Shown piece after piece: positions 48,159-61,033 of a stretch of 64,000 nucleotides of DNA (the stretch's first letter is position 1; each line of letters begins with the position of its first letter). The notes beneath the pieces are model-generated. The model was not told where the DNA came from and did not search any database. It was given only the letters and a program-made list of their open reading frames with translations. Source of the DNA: Adineta vaga (Eukaryota; Animalia; Rotifera). The stretch spans positions 3,038,001 to 3,102,000 of the forward strand of contig CP075492.1 in the NCBI GenBank assembly GCA_021613535.1. The letters run 5' to 3'. The position numbers and the translations under genes were made by a program.

Positions 48159-49088
48159 TTAACTCCATCTTTGTTGATTTTGTTGTTTTTGACAATCACG
48201 TAAGAAAACTGAATGAGTATTTCCATCTTCAAAAGTAAATATAACTTGTTTATTGTCATCGATTGGACCAAAATTAAATGCATAATAAGGATTAGTTCCC
48301 TGATGTACTCCAGACTGATTATCAATTGTTGCTTTAACAACTAGACGACCATTTGTATTTAAAAGTCCAATATTTTTATAATAAGCATTGTCAATTGGAC
48401 TGCCAGGATTGTAATAACAACGAGGACCATCAAATTGGAAAGCATTACGATCAGCTAATTTAACATTACATGAAGTTATTCCAGGTGGTTTATTATTTGT
48501 AAGTTTGTCCCAAGTTGAACCATAGAGATCAAGACCACCTCCTAAATTTGAATTTGTTACAATAATATCTAATGATCCATGACCACAATCAACATTAAGA
48601 ATGTGACCACATAATTCAGGACGAAATTTGAGAGCTTTCAATGATTCAATATTTCCCAATGCAACTGGATTAGTAACTGCATAATCTGATGCTGGAAGTG
48701 CACATGCTCCATATTCAGTAGCACCATGACGTGTTGTATGAACATCATTCATTACTTCATTTATTGGTTCTTTTTCATTGACACCACAAACCATACTTCG
48801 ATCATCTGTTGGAACAGCATTCTCTTTCGAAACAGCACCTTGTTTCATCCAACAAGTTCCACCATTATGAGTTGTCCATGTAAAATGAGTACAACCTGAT
48901 GTTGAAGCACATCTACCACCACAATCTTCACCACGACTTTGAATATTCATTAGATTATTTTCATGAAAATCACAAGCCAATGCCCAATTTCCCGTCCATT
49001 CAATACTACGCTTCATAACATGACCTGATAAAGAACTCATCAAAACTGCATATAGCACAAAAATCATCATCGTACAGCTTTCATGCAT
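48159..49088 (-). CDS. PAN + expansin-like secreted protein, copy 2
   Basis: 4 aa differences from copy 1. Confidence 0.75.
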   Translation of the reverse strand: MHESCTMMIFVLYAVLMSSLSGHVMKRSIEWTGNWALACDFHENNLMNIQSRGEDCGGRCASTSGCTHFTWTTHNGGTCWMKQGAVSKENAVPTDDRSMVCGVNEKEPINEVMNDVHTTRHGATEYGACALPASDYAVTNPVALGNIESLKALKFRPELCGHILNVDCGHGSLDIIVTNSNLGGGLDLYGSTWDKLTNNKPPGITSCNVKLADRNAFQFDGPRCYYNPGSPIDNAYYKNIGLLNTNGRLVVKATIDNQSGVHQGTNPYYAFNFGPIDDNKQVIFTFEDGNTHSVFLRDCQKQQNQQRWS

Positions 49089-50054
49089 AGTTTTGTTCGA
49101 TGGAGAAACAGATTCTAAATTGAATAAAAATGATTTTCTATATTCGATGGTAATCAATTGATTCAATTTTCATTTATTTTTACTTACAATTAAAATGATG
49201 CTTGATCTATTTTCTTGTTTATGTAAGAATGATGAACGAACTATCTCTCGAACATTTATATAGCTATGGGTGAGAAACAAAATATTTCTTATTCCACGTC
49301 TGTTATGTAGCGAGAGAGAGAGGATTAAGTTTCCTTAACCGAAAAGACGAGCAAGATCAATTCGTTTTCCGATTGGTCATTTTCTGACTTTTCCTTGTTT
49401 TTCCCACATCTAATCCAATTATCTCTATATAAGAGAAGAGAGTGTGAGTGTGAAGAATGATGACCGAAGGAGCACCCACACCTTCATATCTAATCCACAC
49501 GCCGGCGGGTATGATATTCTAATTTCTAAAATTTATTGTTAAACAATAATCATTCGAAATATTCTGAATCTTTGTGAAATTTTAAAAATCTTTCTATAAT
49601 CCAATATCGTATCATATTACACAAAGGAAAATGTCTATATGATCTTCTTTCCATATAATCAAAGGTACATCTGATCATAGATAATATTGTTGATCTATTC
49701 GATTCTTTTAATAATAATTACGAAAGAATATAATACAATTTCTCATTTCTTCACTTGTAATTAACCTGATCTAGAATCTAATTTCAAAAGGATTTTCTTA
49801 ATAACATTATTTATGAACCAAGAATTAATTTAAAAAAATGTAATCTATCCTATGAAATTATCCTCTATATCTTAATTGAATTTAAAAATGAAGCAAAAAC
49901 TAAACGTCATTGAGTCAAACAAACTCAAAAGACAAAAAAATGAATGAGCTTTTAGTAAATTCCGTTGATTTTTTTATAATGTATCTCAACACAATCTCAT
50001 AGAAAGACGCATTCTGCTGTTTACGTGGTGTTTAATAATAAGAAAAGAAAATAA

Positions 50055-51087
50055 ATGTTATCAATAAATTCCACAATCAATTATCTTCGTGATATAACTA
50101 ATGATATTCGTTTTATCTTTGGTCTATTTAATATGATCCTCGGTTTAATAAGTAATATTTCTTTAATAATCATTTTAACAAATGTGAAAATCTTTCGTAA
50201 AAGTCCTTCAAGTTTATATTTAATCATTGAATCTTATTTTAATATTGGTTTATTAATTTTTATTTGTTCATCACGTTTATTAACGAATATTTTAAAGTTT
50301 GATCCAACATTAACTTCAATTGCATGGTGTAAAATTCGTTCAGGTTTTTCTCAATTTTTCGGTTTATGTTCATTATTTACGATATGTTTTACTACAATTG
50401 ATCAATATTTGTCTACAAATCCTCGATATTATCTTCGTCAATTAAGTACAATGAAATCAGTTTATTATTTTCTAATTTTTAACCTCGGTTTATCATTTTC
50501 TCATGGAATATTATTTGTAATCTATTCAGAAATTCGTCAATTTTCATTGGGATGTACAATTTATGATGAAAGAATCAAAAAATATTTCTCGTATTTTTAT
50601 TATCCAATTTTAAGTAATGCATTTCCATTATTAATAACAATAACATTTAGTTTCTTATCCTATGTAAATGTTCGTCGTATAATTCGAAGACAAACTCGAT
50701 TAATTCGTCGTCGACTTGATCAACAATTAACAGCAATGATTTTAATTAGAATTTTATCGTTAATTATCTTTGGTTTTCCTTATATTATTATAACATTATA
50801 TCAATTAAATCTTCATGTTAATGAAAATAATGATATTAAATCAACGATTACACTTCTCATTGGTTCAATCTTCTATTCATTGTTATATATGAATTTTTCA
50901 GTAAGGATATTTCAGTTCTTTTGGAAAGTTTTCTTGTTCTTTCTTTTTTTAGATAAATTTTTATTTGTTTTTGATCATATCATCACGATTTCGTCGTCAA
51001 GTGAAACATTATTTGAAAATGTTATGTTTATCGAAACATATTAATCAAATAACTCCACAAATGAATTTATTTGTTGAATCTATCTGA
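50055..51087 (+). CDS. Orphan 7TM GPCR, copy 2
   Basis: 1 aa difference from copy 1 in the ORF track; 3' intron ~50901-50952. Confidence 0.85.
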
Positions 51088-51721
51088 AAGAAATATCAAT
51101 TTCATTAGAACGATTAGAGAAAAATAAGATGAATAAAAATCTTCTCTTATTAATTAGTTTCTTCATCATAAAGAAAGCGTTTTTTTCTTCGATCACTTGT
51201 TTCTCATCTAAAGTACGAAAGATACTTGATGATAAAAGTCTGCTGTAACCTGATTGGCCTCAATAAATGAAGGTGTGAGGGTGAGGGTGAGGATGAGCAT
51301 TGAATGGCGATAATATATAGTACATGTACTTTCGGTAAAGCCCATGGCGCTCTAACTGACTGAGCTCTTATTGCAAAGTTTGAGGTCTCCTCTTCCTACC
51401 GTACAACTACTGACCGAGAACAAGCATATATCCAAAAATTTCCAACATAACATACTAATGGATATGGTTCACTAAAAACAAAAGAGGTGTAGATTTCCTA
51501 TCTTTCTCGTCGTCTTCTTTTCATTATAAAATATCAATTTCAATTCTGTCTAGTCAGAACTAAAATTTTCCATTCGACGTCTGTTATGTATTGAAAGAGA
51601 ATATTATTCATTTTGTAACCACAACAACGAGCATAAGGTCATTTTTGTGAAAAATTTCCCACTCATATCTAATTTTCTGTATAAAAGGAACGAGAAAAAT
51701 AATACGAAACATATCCAAAAC

Positions 51722-52651
51722 ATGTCATCTTTATCGTTGCTTGTTGTGTGTCTATTTATTATTTATCATACATCTGCTATCGAATGGAATGGAAACTGGG
51801 CATTGGCTTGTGATTTTCATGAAAATAATCTAATGAATATTCAAAGTCGTGGTGAAGATTGTGGTGGTAGATGTGCTTCAACATCAGGTTGTACTCATTT
51901 TACATGGACAACTCATAATGGTGGAACTTGTTGGATGAAACAAGGTGCTGTTTCGAAAGAGAATGCTGTTCCAACCGATGATCGAAGTATGGTTTGTGGT
52001 GTTATAGATAATGTACCTTCACAACCGGGAAAAACAACACGATATTGGGATTGTTGTAAACCAAGTTGTGCTTGGGATGAAAATGTATCCGGAAATAATA
52101 TTTATGTTAAAAGTTGTCGTCAAGATGGATATTCTGTATTTGATCATCCACATGCAAGAAGTGGATGTCATGATGGTGGTGAAGGTGATTATTCTTTTAC
52201 TTGTAATAATCAAAAACAATGGGCAATTAATGACCAATTAGCTTATGGATTTGCAGCTGCAACTATTCCAGGTGTGAATGAACAAGATCGATGTTGTTCT
52301 TGTTATAAATTAGATTTTACTAGTGAACCAGTTAGAGGCAAATCAATGATTGTTCAAGTTACAAATAGTGGAAAAGATGTAGCTGATCATCAATTTGATT
52401 TACAAATTCCTGGTGGTGGTGTAGGAATCTTTAACGGATGTTCTTCACAATGGAATGCACCAAATGATGGTTGGGGTCAACGACATGGTGGTGTAAATTC
52501 TCGTGATGAATGTTCTTCTCTTCCCGAACAAATTCGTGATGGATGTTTCTTTCGTTTTGATTGGTTTAAAGGTGCTGATAATCCTACAATGACTTATTCA
52601 AAAGTTGATTGTCCACGTGAATTAATTGATATTACTGGATGTTCCCATTAA
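51722..52651 (+). CDS. PAN + GH45 endoglucanase, copy 2
   Basis: TTRYWDCCKPSCAW; 6 aa differences from copy 1. Confidence 0.93.
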   Translation: MSSLSLLVVCLFIIYHTSAIEWNGNWALACDFHENNLMNIQSRGEDCGGRCASTSGCTHFTWTTHNGGTCWMKQGAVSKENAVPTDDRSMVCGVIDNVPSQPGKTTRYWDCCKPSCAWDENVSGNNIYVKSCRQDGYSVFDHPHARSGCHDGGEGDYSFTCNNQKQWAINDQLAYGFAAATIPGVNEQDRCCSCYKLDFTSEPVRGKSMIVQVTNSGKDVADHQFDLQIPGGGVGIFNGCSSQWNAPNDGWGQRHGGVNSRDECSSLPEQIRDGCFFRFDWFKGADNPTMTYSKVDCPRELIDITGCSH

Positions 52652-53080
52652 TATTCTTCAACACATTTATTTACTTGAAAAATTCATTATTTGTTTGTTT
52701 TTTTTCTTTCATCTTTATTAATCACGCAATAGAACATTTAGAAAAATAAAATTTATCCTGGAAAAATAAATGCTATTTTCACAAAAAAAGTTTGGAAGAC
52801 ATGACCCGAACAATTCCATATAATTCTACGAAAATATTCTTTTCATTGATGAGATTTAGAAATAAAAAACCGACAAAAATATTTGAATAGGATAATGAGA
52901 TGGAATTAGGTATAAGAAAATAAATATGAAATATAATCTTTGAGAAAACAACATTGAAATAAAATCACAAAACAAATATAAAGAGTCCGATCGAATCAAC
53001 AGATTATATGTTGACTTAAAATCACAGCTATATAAATGATGGAATTCTAGCATCTTGGATAATTTCATTTGAATACAACA

Positions 53081-54390
53081 ATGTTAAGAATAAATCTTCA
53101 TTCTCTTCTTGTTCTTTTAAGGTAAAACAAAAAGAAGAAACGATTTACTTGAATAAAATTTGTTTTTCTTAATTTTAGTTTGACAAGTAAACAAATTTCT
53201 TTCTTTTTTTTATCGACAAAATGAATGAAATTTCTCGTTTTTAGTAAATATAAATTGTCAAACATGTCGAGATGGAAATCAATATCAATATAGTCCATGT
53301 TCACAAAGTACTCGATGTGGATGTTTACAATATTCATTTTCAAGTTCAACGTTTGTTTGTGGATTAATTGATAATTCTTGTTCACAATTTCGTGTATGTC
53401 AACAACCAAATGATGTTTGTCTATCAAATGAAGTTTGTATTCGTCATCCAAATTGTAATTCTTTGCAATCAATATGTTATCCATTATCACTGACTGGTGA
53501 ACAAGCATGTCCATCAGGAATAGGTTTATAGTTAGAATCATAATATTAATCGAATTATTTTGATTATTTTTCTTTTAGTTTATGAAACAACTGACCAATC
53601 AAATGTTATTTCGAATTATACAGGTTCATTATCATCTACAGATGGATTATACACTCGTCCAGGAAGTAATCAATATGGACATTATTATGAAGCTCTTCAA
53701 TTATATGTTCAAACATCAGGTTATTATGATCTATCAAGTATAAGTAACATAGATACACATGGATACCTTTATAATGGATCATTTAATCCATCAAATCCAC
53801 AATTAAATTTAATAACTTATAATGATGATGGTTCATCTAATAGTCAATTTAAAATACCAGTTTATCTTGAAGCTGGTCATCCGTATGTCTTAGTTGTGAC
53901 AACACATAGACCAGGTATAACAGGACCATTTTCAGTTATTGCTGATGGTCCAGATAATGTTTATTTTTATCCAATAAATCCAACAACAACAACAACAACA
54001 ACTCGTGCGCCAATAATTAATTCCAATTATTTTAATCAATTAACTTCAAGTAATTCTTTTTATGATCGTAATGGAACTTCGTCTGGACCACATTATTATC
54101 AAGCAATTGAAATACGTGTGAATGTAACCGGAACATATTCATTCAGAAGTTCAAGTTCTCTTGATACCTATGGTTATATTTATCAAGGTAATTTTTATCC
54201 ATTTGCTCAATCAATTAATCTTCTCGGGCAAGATGATGATACTGGTGATTCACGTCAATTTCAAGTAACAGCTGTACTTCGATCGGATATTAAATATATC
54301 TTAGTTTTTACAACGTTTTCACCCAATCAATTTGGTCAATATCAAATAATATCAGCTGGTCCGGGACACGTTTTTTATAATTCAATTTAA
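53081..54390 (+). CDS. Cys-rich + tandem PPC-like secreted protein, copy 2
   Basis: ATG 53081, microexon 53179-53186, Cys-rich exon, last exon in ORF 53560..54390. Confidence 0.75.
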
Positions 54391-54512
54391 AGAAAAAAAC
54401 ATTTTTTCTTCTCCCATATCTATTCGAGAATTTTATCTTCTACATTCTTTCTTATTCGTATCAAAATTAAAATAAAATGATAAGAATATCATTTAGCATT
54501 CGAAAGTAAAAC

Positions 54513-55706
54513 ATGTTGATGTATAAAGAAAAACTTTTTTGCTTAATTTTATTCCATTATTATTCATTAATAAATGGAAAAACTTGTACACCTTCATCTG
54601 CAAGAAATAGTTCGATTGATGATGTACCGGCAATTAGTAAAGCTTTATCACTGTGTGGAAATGGAGGGACTATTATTATTCCTGCTGGTGAAATATTTAT
54701 GATTCGAAGTCCTCTAGATTTTAAAGAATGTTTTCATTGTTTCGTTCAAATTGAAGGAATTCTTAAAATATCTGATGATCTTCAATATTGGGAAGGCAAA
54801 ACAGCGTTTTTGCTTTTATCAAATGTTATTAGAGGAACATTTTATTCTTTAACTGGTTCAGGATTAATTGATGGAAATGGACAAAGTTATTGGGATTATT
54901 TTGCTCGTAATCAAAGTTATCAAAGACCTTTATTGATACAAATGAATAATAGTTCGAATATAATTTTTACGAAATTAAAAATAATCAATTCACCATTTTG
55001 GTTTTTCTTTGTCACAAATAATTCTACAAATATTGAATTTTCTGATTTAAGTCTAAGTGCGATATCAACATCATCAAATCGACCTGCAAATACTGATGGT
55101 TTTGATACAGGTGATTGTTCATATGTAACAATAAAGAATCTTCATGTTACAAATGGTGATGATTGTATTTCATTTAAAAATGGTTCAAATTATATTTTTG
55201 TTAATAATATCACATGTAATGGATCTCATGGTTTATCAGTTGGAAGTCTTGGATTAGAATCTCAACGAAATTATATTGTTCAAAATATTTTTATATCAAA
55301 TGTAACTATGATCAATTCGATAGTTGCAACTCGAATTAAATTTTATCCAGGTGGTCCATCTTATGGAACTGTTAGTGTTAAAAATGTTAAATATGAAAAT
55401 ATTCTAATTGACAATTGTGATTATGCTCTTCAAGTTGATAATTGTTATGAAACAGATCCAATGATTTGTAAAAAATATCCATCAACTGCTCAATTAGTTG
55501 ATATCAAGTTCAAAGATTTAATTGGAAAAACTTCGAAAAGATATGATCCTGTTGTTGCAAGAATTGATTGTCCACCTTTGGGTATTTGTAATTTAATGTT
55601 TACCAATTGGAATATTGTTGCTCCTAGTGGCAATTCGACTGTTCGATGTAGTTATTATGAACATCCTTCGGGAATTACTTGTACTCCCTATGAACAGAAC
55701 TTATAA
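54513..55706 (+). CDS. GH28 polygalacturonase, copy 2
   Basis: NTDG/GDD/SHG/RIK; 2 aa differences from copy 1. Confidence 0.93.
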   Translation: MLMYKEKLFCLILFHYYSLINGKTCTPSSARNSSIDDVPAISKALSLCGNGGTIIIPAGEIFMIRSPLDFKECFHCFVQIEGILKISDDLQYWEGKTAFLLLSNVIRGTFYSLTGSGLIDGNGQSYWDYFARNQSYQRPLLIQMNNSSNIIFTKLKIINSPFWFFFVTNNSTNIEFSDLSLSAISTSSNRPANTDGFDTGDCSYVTIKNLHVTNGDDCISFKNGSNYIFVNNITCNGSHGLSVGSLGLESQRNYIVQNIFISNVTMINSIVATRIKFYPGGPSYGTVSVKNVKYENILIDNCDYALQVDNCYETDPMICKKYPSTAQLVDIKFKDLIGKTSKRYDPVVARIDCPPLGICNLMFTNWNIVAPSGNSTVRCSYYEHPSGITCTPYEQNL

Positions 55707-55978
55707 TAAATATAATAATTTGATAGATTTAGTTAGTCTAGTAGAAATATGATTATATTCTTTCTTTCTTTAATTTATTTATTATGAAAATAAACCGAAT
55801 CTTTTTAATGACAAATTGTTATATAATCGATATCAAAATTGCTCGTCTCGTAGTCGGTCGTCAGTGTGCCCTTATTTATAGTTCGTCAATTCGAATCGAC
55901 TACTCAATCTTGAATATTGCATCTATATAATCATACAACTGTGTTTCAAAGATTTATTAGAATAATTTAGAAAAAATA

Positions 55979-58900
55979 TTAACAAGTTTGTAGATAAATA
56001 TTTAAATTGTCTGTACCATTATTCGCAACCACAAAATCCATTTTTCCATCTTGACTAAAATCAGCAACAATGAGAGAGAATGGATTCGATCCATATGGCA
56101 TCGAAAAGAAAATGATATTATCAAATGTTCCATCACCATGTCCAAGAAAAACTCCAAATTTATTATTATTATAATTAACAACTATGATATCAAGTATTGT
56201 ATCATTATTAAAATGACTAATAGCTAAAGAATAAGGATATGAAGATGAACCCGTGAAATATGTTATTTGATTTGTAAATGAACCATTTCCGTAACCAAGA
56301 AAAATACCAATATTGTCTGAATTTGAATTTGCACTAACAATATCTAATTGTGTATCATTATTAAAATCACTAGTTACAATAGAATATGGAGAAGAATTAT
56401 TACCAGTTGAATATGTTGTTTGATTTGTGAAGGAGAAATTTCCATATCCAAGAAAAACACCAATATTATCAGTACCTGAATTAGCGACGATAATATCTGT
56501 ATAATTATCATTATTAAAATCGTTAATAACAAATGATCTTGATCGTGAATTTTTACCCGTTGAAAGCATTACTTGATTTCTGAAGGCTAAATTTGGGGAA
56601 CCAAACATGACAACTACATTGCAATCACCTGCATTGGCAACGACAATGTCAAGTTGAGTATCATTATTTAAATCGAAAATAGCCACAGATTGTGCACCAG
56701 AACCAGTTGTATATTTAATTTGAGGTGCAAATCTTCCATCACCATATCCTAACAATACACTAACAAAATTTTCACCAAGATTGGCAACAATTATATCTGG
56801 AAAACTGTCAAGATTGAAATCACCAATAGCTACGGATTCTGGAAGAATACCAACTGGAAAGATTGTTTTATCTGCAAAAGATCCATTACCATAGCCAAGA
56901 AGGACAGTAATGGTACGATGACCCAATGTAGCTGCAACAATATCTAATCGATTATCATTATTTAGATCTCCAACTGCTAATGCAAATGGATTGGAATCAA
57001 CTGAATATGTTACTTCTTGTGCAAAAGAACCATTGCCATAACCAATAAAGATGCCTACATTATCAGGACCATAATTAGCAAGAGCAAAATCCAAGCGGCT
57101 ATCATTATTAAAATCAGTTGCAATCACGTATCGTGAGTTGCCGGTAGCTTCAATTTTAGTTCCATTTGAGAAAGAGCCGTTACCGTATCCTTGAAACAAA
57201 ACGATGTTGCCATTTGCAGCAACCACAACTAGATCTGGTTGTGTATCATTGTCGAAATCACCCACAGTTGAAAATAATGAGCCAGAGTCAAGTGAATATG
57301 TCATTGGATTTGCAAAACTACCATTCCCATATCCTAACAATATAGTCACATAATTCGTACCACCATAAGTAACAACTAGATCTCGTTGATTATCATTATT
57401 AAAATCACTAGCAGCAACAGAATTTGGCCGAGCACTAGTTGCATAAGTCAATGCTTGTGCAAAACTACCATTAGCATTTCCAAGGAGAATACTTAATTCG
57501 TCAGAATCGTAATTGACAACAACAATATCAATGTAAGTATCAGCATTAATATAATCTAAGCATAGATATATTGGACGTAAACCAACTAAATATGTTTCAT
57601 GAAGTGTAAAAGATCCAGTATTGTGTATAACGTACATATCAATAGTATCACTGTCATCGTACCCAACAATAATTTCTGATTGTCTATCATTATTGAAATC
57701 ATCAGCGGAAACAATGACAGGAGGAAATATGGAAGGAATTTGATAAGTAGCTTGACGAGTAAATGATCCATGGCCATTTCCAAGTAGCAATCCAATTTGA
57801 TTAGGACCAGAAAGAGCTACAGCAATATCCAAGTAAATATCATCATTAAAATGACCAGTAGTAATGGATGATGGTTGAGAATTCGAACCCATACTAAACA
57901 TTATTTGATCTAGAAAAGTAACATTATCTTGTCCAAAAAGAATACCAACATCATCAGTACCATAGTTAGCAACGATAATATCTAATCGAGTATCATTATT
58001 TATATTATCAACGACTATCGATCGTAATTTCGAACCTCCACCAGCTGCATATGTCAATTCATTTAGAAGGGCACCTCTATTATATTGAAATAATACACTC
58101 ATAAAAGTATTATTTCTATTTGTTACAATTATATCCAGTCGTGTATCATTATTTAAATCTCCAATGGCAACAGAATATGAATGTACACTTGTGTAATACG
58201 ATATTGCATCGCTAAACGAACCATTTCCGTATCCAAATAAAATATAAATATTCGTCACACTGACGCAAGCCACAACAAGATCCAATTGTGTATCATTATT
58301 CATGTCTCCAATACTTATAGATGTTGGCTGAGTACCTGTTCCATATATGACTTGCGGTGTGAAACTTCCATTCCCATATCCTAACAGAACACTCACAGTG
58401 TTACTACCAGAATTAGCAACAGCAATATCTATTTGAGTATCTTTATTGAAATCGCCAATTGCTACAAAGTACGGATGATAACCAATTGGATATGTGAAAT
58501 GATTTGCAAAACTTCCATTACCAAAACCGAGAAGGATACTAATCGTTCTATTACCATAATTGACAACAACTAGATCAAGATAATGATCATTATTAAAATC
58601 ACTTGCAGCAACAGATCGTGGTCTAGAACCCGTTGAATATGTCATTTGATTTGCAAAGGAACCATTTCCAAATCCTAATAAAATACTCACAGTATTGTCA
58701 TCATAATTAGTAACAACGATGTCTAATCGATTGTCATTATTAAAATCAGCAACAGCTGCAAAAACTGGACCAGAACCAGTTGAAATTATCTGTTGTTCTA
58801 TAAATGAACCATTTCCATTTCCACGAAATACATAAATATTACTACTATTCTTATTAGTAACAACTGCATCCATGTTCGTATCATCATTAAAATCACCAAC

Positions 58901-60558
58901 AGCGACAGAAGTTGGATTCGAATCAGTTGAATATGTTCTTTGAGTTTCAAATGATCCATCACTACGTCCAAGTTGAATCATCATTGTATTGTTCTCATCA
59001 CTAACAAGTATTATATCCAATATTGCATCGTTATTAAAATCACTGACAATTACAAAGATTGGTGGATATTGAACATTAAACTTTGTACGAGGTGGAAAAC
59101 CTTCAAAATAACCTTTAAGAATATCAATACTTCCCGTATCATTATTGACAATAATTGCATCTAATCGATTATCTTTATTCAAATCATATAAAACAAATGA
59201 AATCGATGAAGAAGATCCCGTTGAATTCATTATTCCTTCTTGAAAACTTCCATTACCATAACCAAGAAATAAACCAGTATTATTTATTCCAATATTAATA
59301 ATGAATAAATCTAATCGATTATCTCCATTAAAATCATCAATTCCAATTGAATATGGTAAAATTGAACCTATTGAACAGAATTTTTGTTTTGAGAAAGTTC
59401 CATTACCATCATTTAATAATACACATATCATTTTTGTACCAAAATTTGTCACAACAATATCAATAAATTGATCAGAATTTAAATCACCACCAGCAATTGA
59501 AGTTGGATGAGAATCAATACCCATTGAAATAAGTATTTGATCTTGAAATGAATTATTTTGATTAGAAAAGAAAATTCCAATATTATTTGTTCCATAATTT
59601 GCAATAATAATATCTAATTGATAATCATTATTTAAATCTTCAATCGTTAATGAATAAGGAATTGAATCATAACCAGTTGAATATGTTATTACTTTTGAAT
59701 AGATTTCATTTTTATTTCCATAAAAAATACTAAAACTATTTGTTCCATAATTAATAATAATAATATCACACAATGAATCATTATTTAAATCAATTAAATT
59801 AATTGTTAATGGTCGTGATATTCCTGTTGAGATTTCAATTGAATCTTTAAAAGATCCATTACCAAATCCATAAAATATTCCAATTGAATGTCTTCCATAA
59901 TTTGTTACTGCAATATCCAAATAAGAATCATTATTTAAATGATTGACAGCAACCATTATTGGAATGGAATTAATTCCTGTTGAATATTGAAATTGTTTAG
60001 AAAATGTTCCATCGCTTGATCCAAAATAAATATCAATATTATTAATAATTGAATTACAAATAACCATATCGATCCAACTATCATCATTAAAATCTCCAAT
60101 AGCAACAGATTGTGGACCATATTCATATTCGATTGGATTTGAATTTGTTTTTACGAAATTTAATTCACATTTTAATTCTTAATTAAATCAAATAAAAAAA
60201 ACGAACCTTTTGGTTTTGGTACATTGAGATAAACAATAATGATTCCAATTGTCATCATAACAAGTAATAAGAATGAAAATGCAAATGTACCAATAATTGA
60301 ACTTGATATTTTCAAACCAAAACATTCTCTTAAAGAAGAAGAAGAAGAATAGAATCATTGATGAAAATGAAAATAAACATACAGATTCCAAGGTGATGTT
60401 GATATTTGAGTCGAATCATCCATCTTATTGTCGTTATCATCTGTTATATTTTCTTTATCATCAGAAAGTAACTCTGAGATTTTATCTATTTCAATAGTTA
60501 TTTGTTGTTCATTATTCGAACGTTCGTTCGATTGAATTGGATTATGAAGAGAAGTCAT
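55979..60558 (-). CDS. FG-GAP repeat type II membrane protein, copy 2
   Basis: Mirror of 6104-10778; about 16 aa differences in the large exon; cytoplasmic exon more diverged; true start uncertain. Confidence 0.88.
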
Positions 60559-61033
60559 TTCTGTCTAATAAACAAAATAGAAGATATAAACAAGTGAATG
60601 ATACGTCTGTATTGATTTCTATTTATCTTATCTACAGTGATCATCAGAGCATATCAAATTTTCTTTCTCTTTTCTTCATTTGCGAACTAAAATAAACAGA
60701 ACTATTCATAATATTAATCGAGGTTTCCAAGCAATCATGCTTTGACGTCAATAATTATAAAGGTACATTCAATATTTTATATCAAATGAAATGATAAAGA
60801 ATCATTCGATACGATGTAAAAGGAGAATAAACAACCGTAAGTATCAATCCTTTTTTTTCTGTTCTTTATCTAACAGATATTTTACTTTTGATTCAATCGT
60901 TGATGATCAATCAAAAATCTTTTCTGTCATCATATTAACAAAAAAATACATGTACTTGAAAATAATATGAAAAATAGAAAGTTTTTTCTATTTTAATTAT
61001 AATACCATTGAGTTAAAATTATCGTAGATTTCT

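Larger units (their letters stand above)
46862..60968 (-). repeat. Right arm of ~14 kb inverted duplication
   Basis: Reverse complement of ~5600-19775. Confidence 0.97.
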
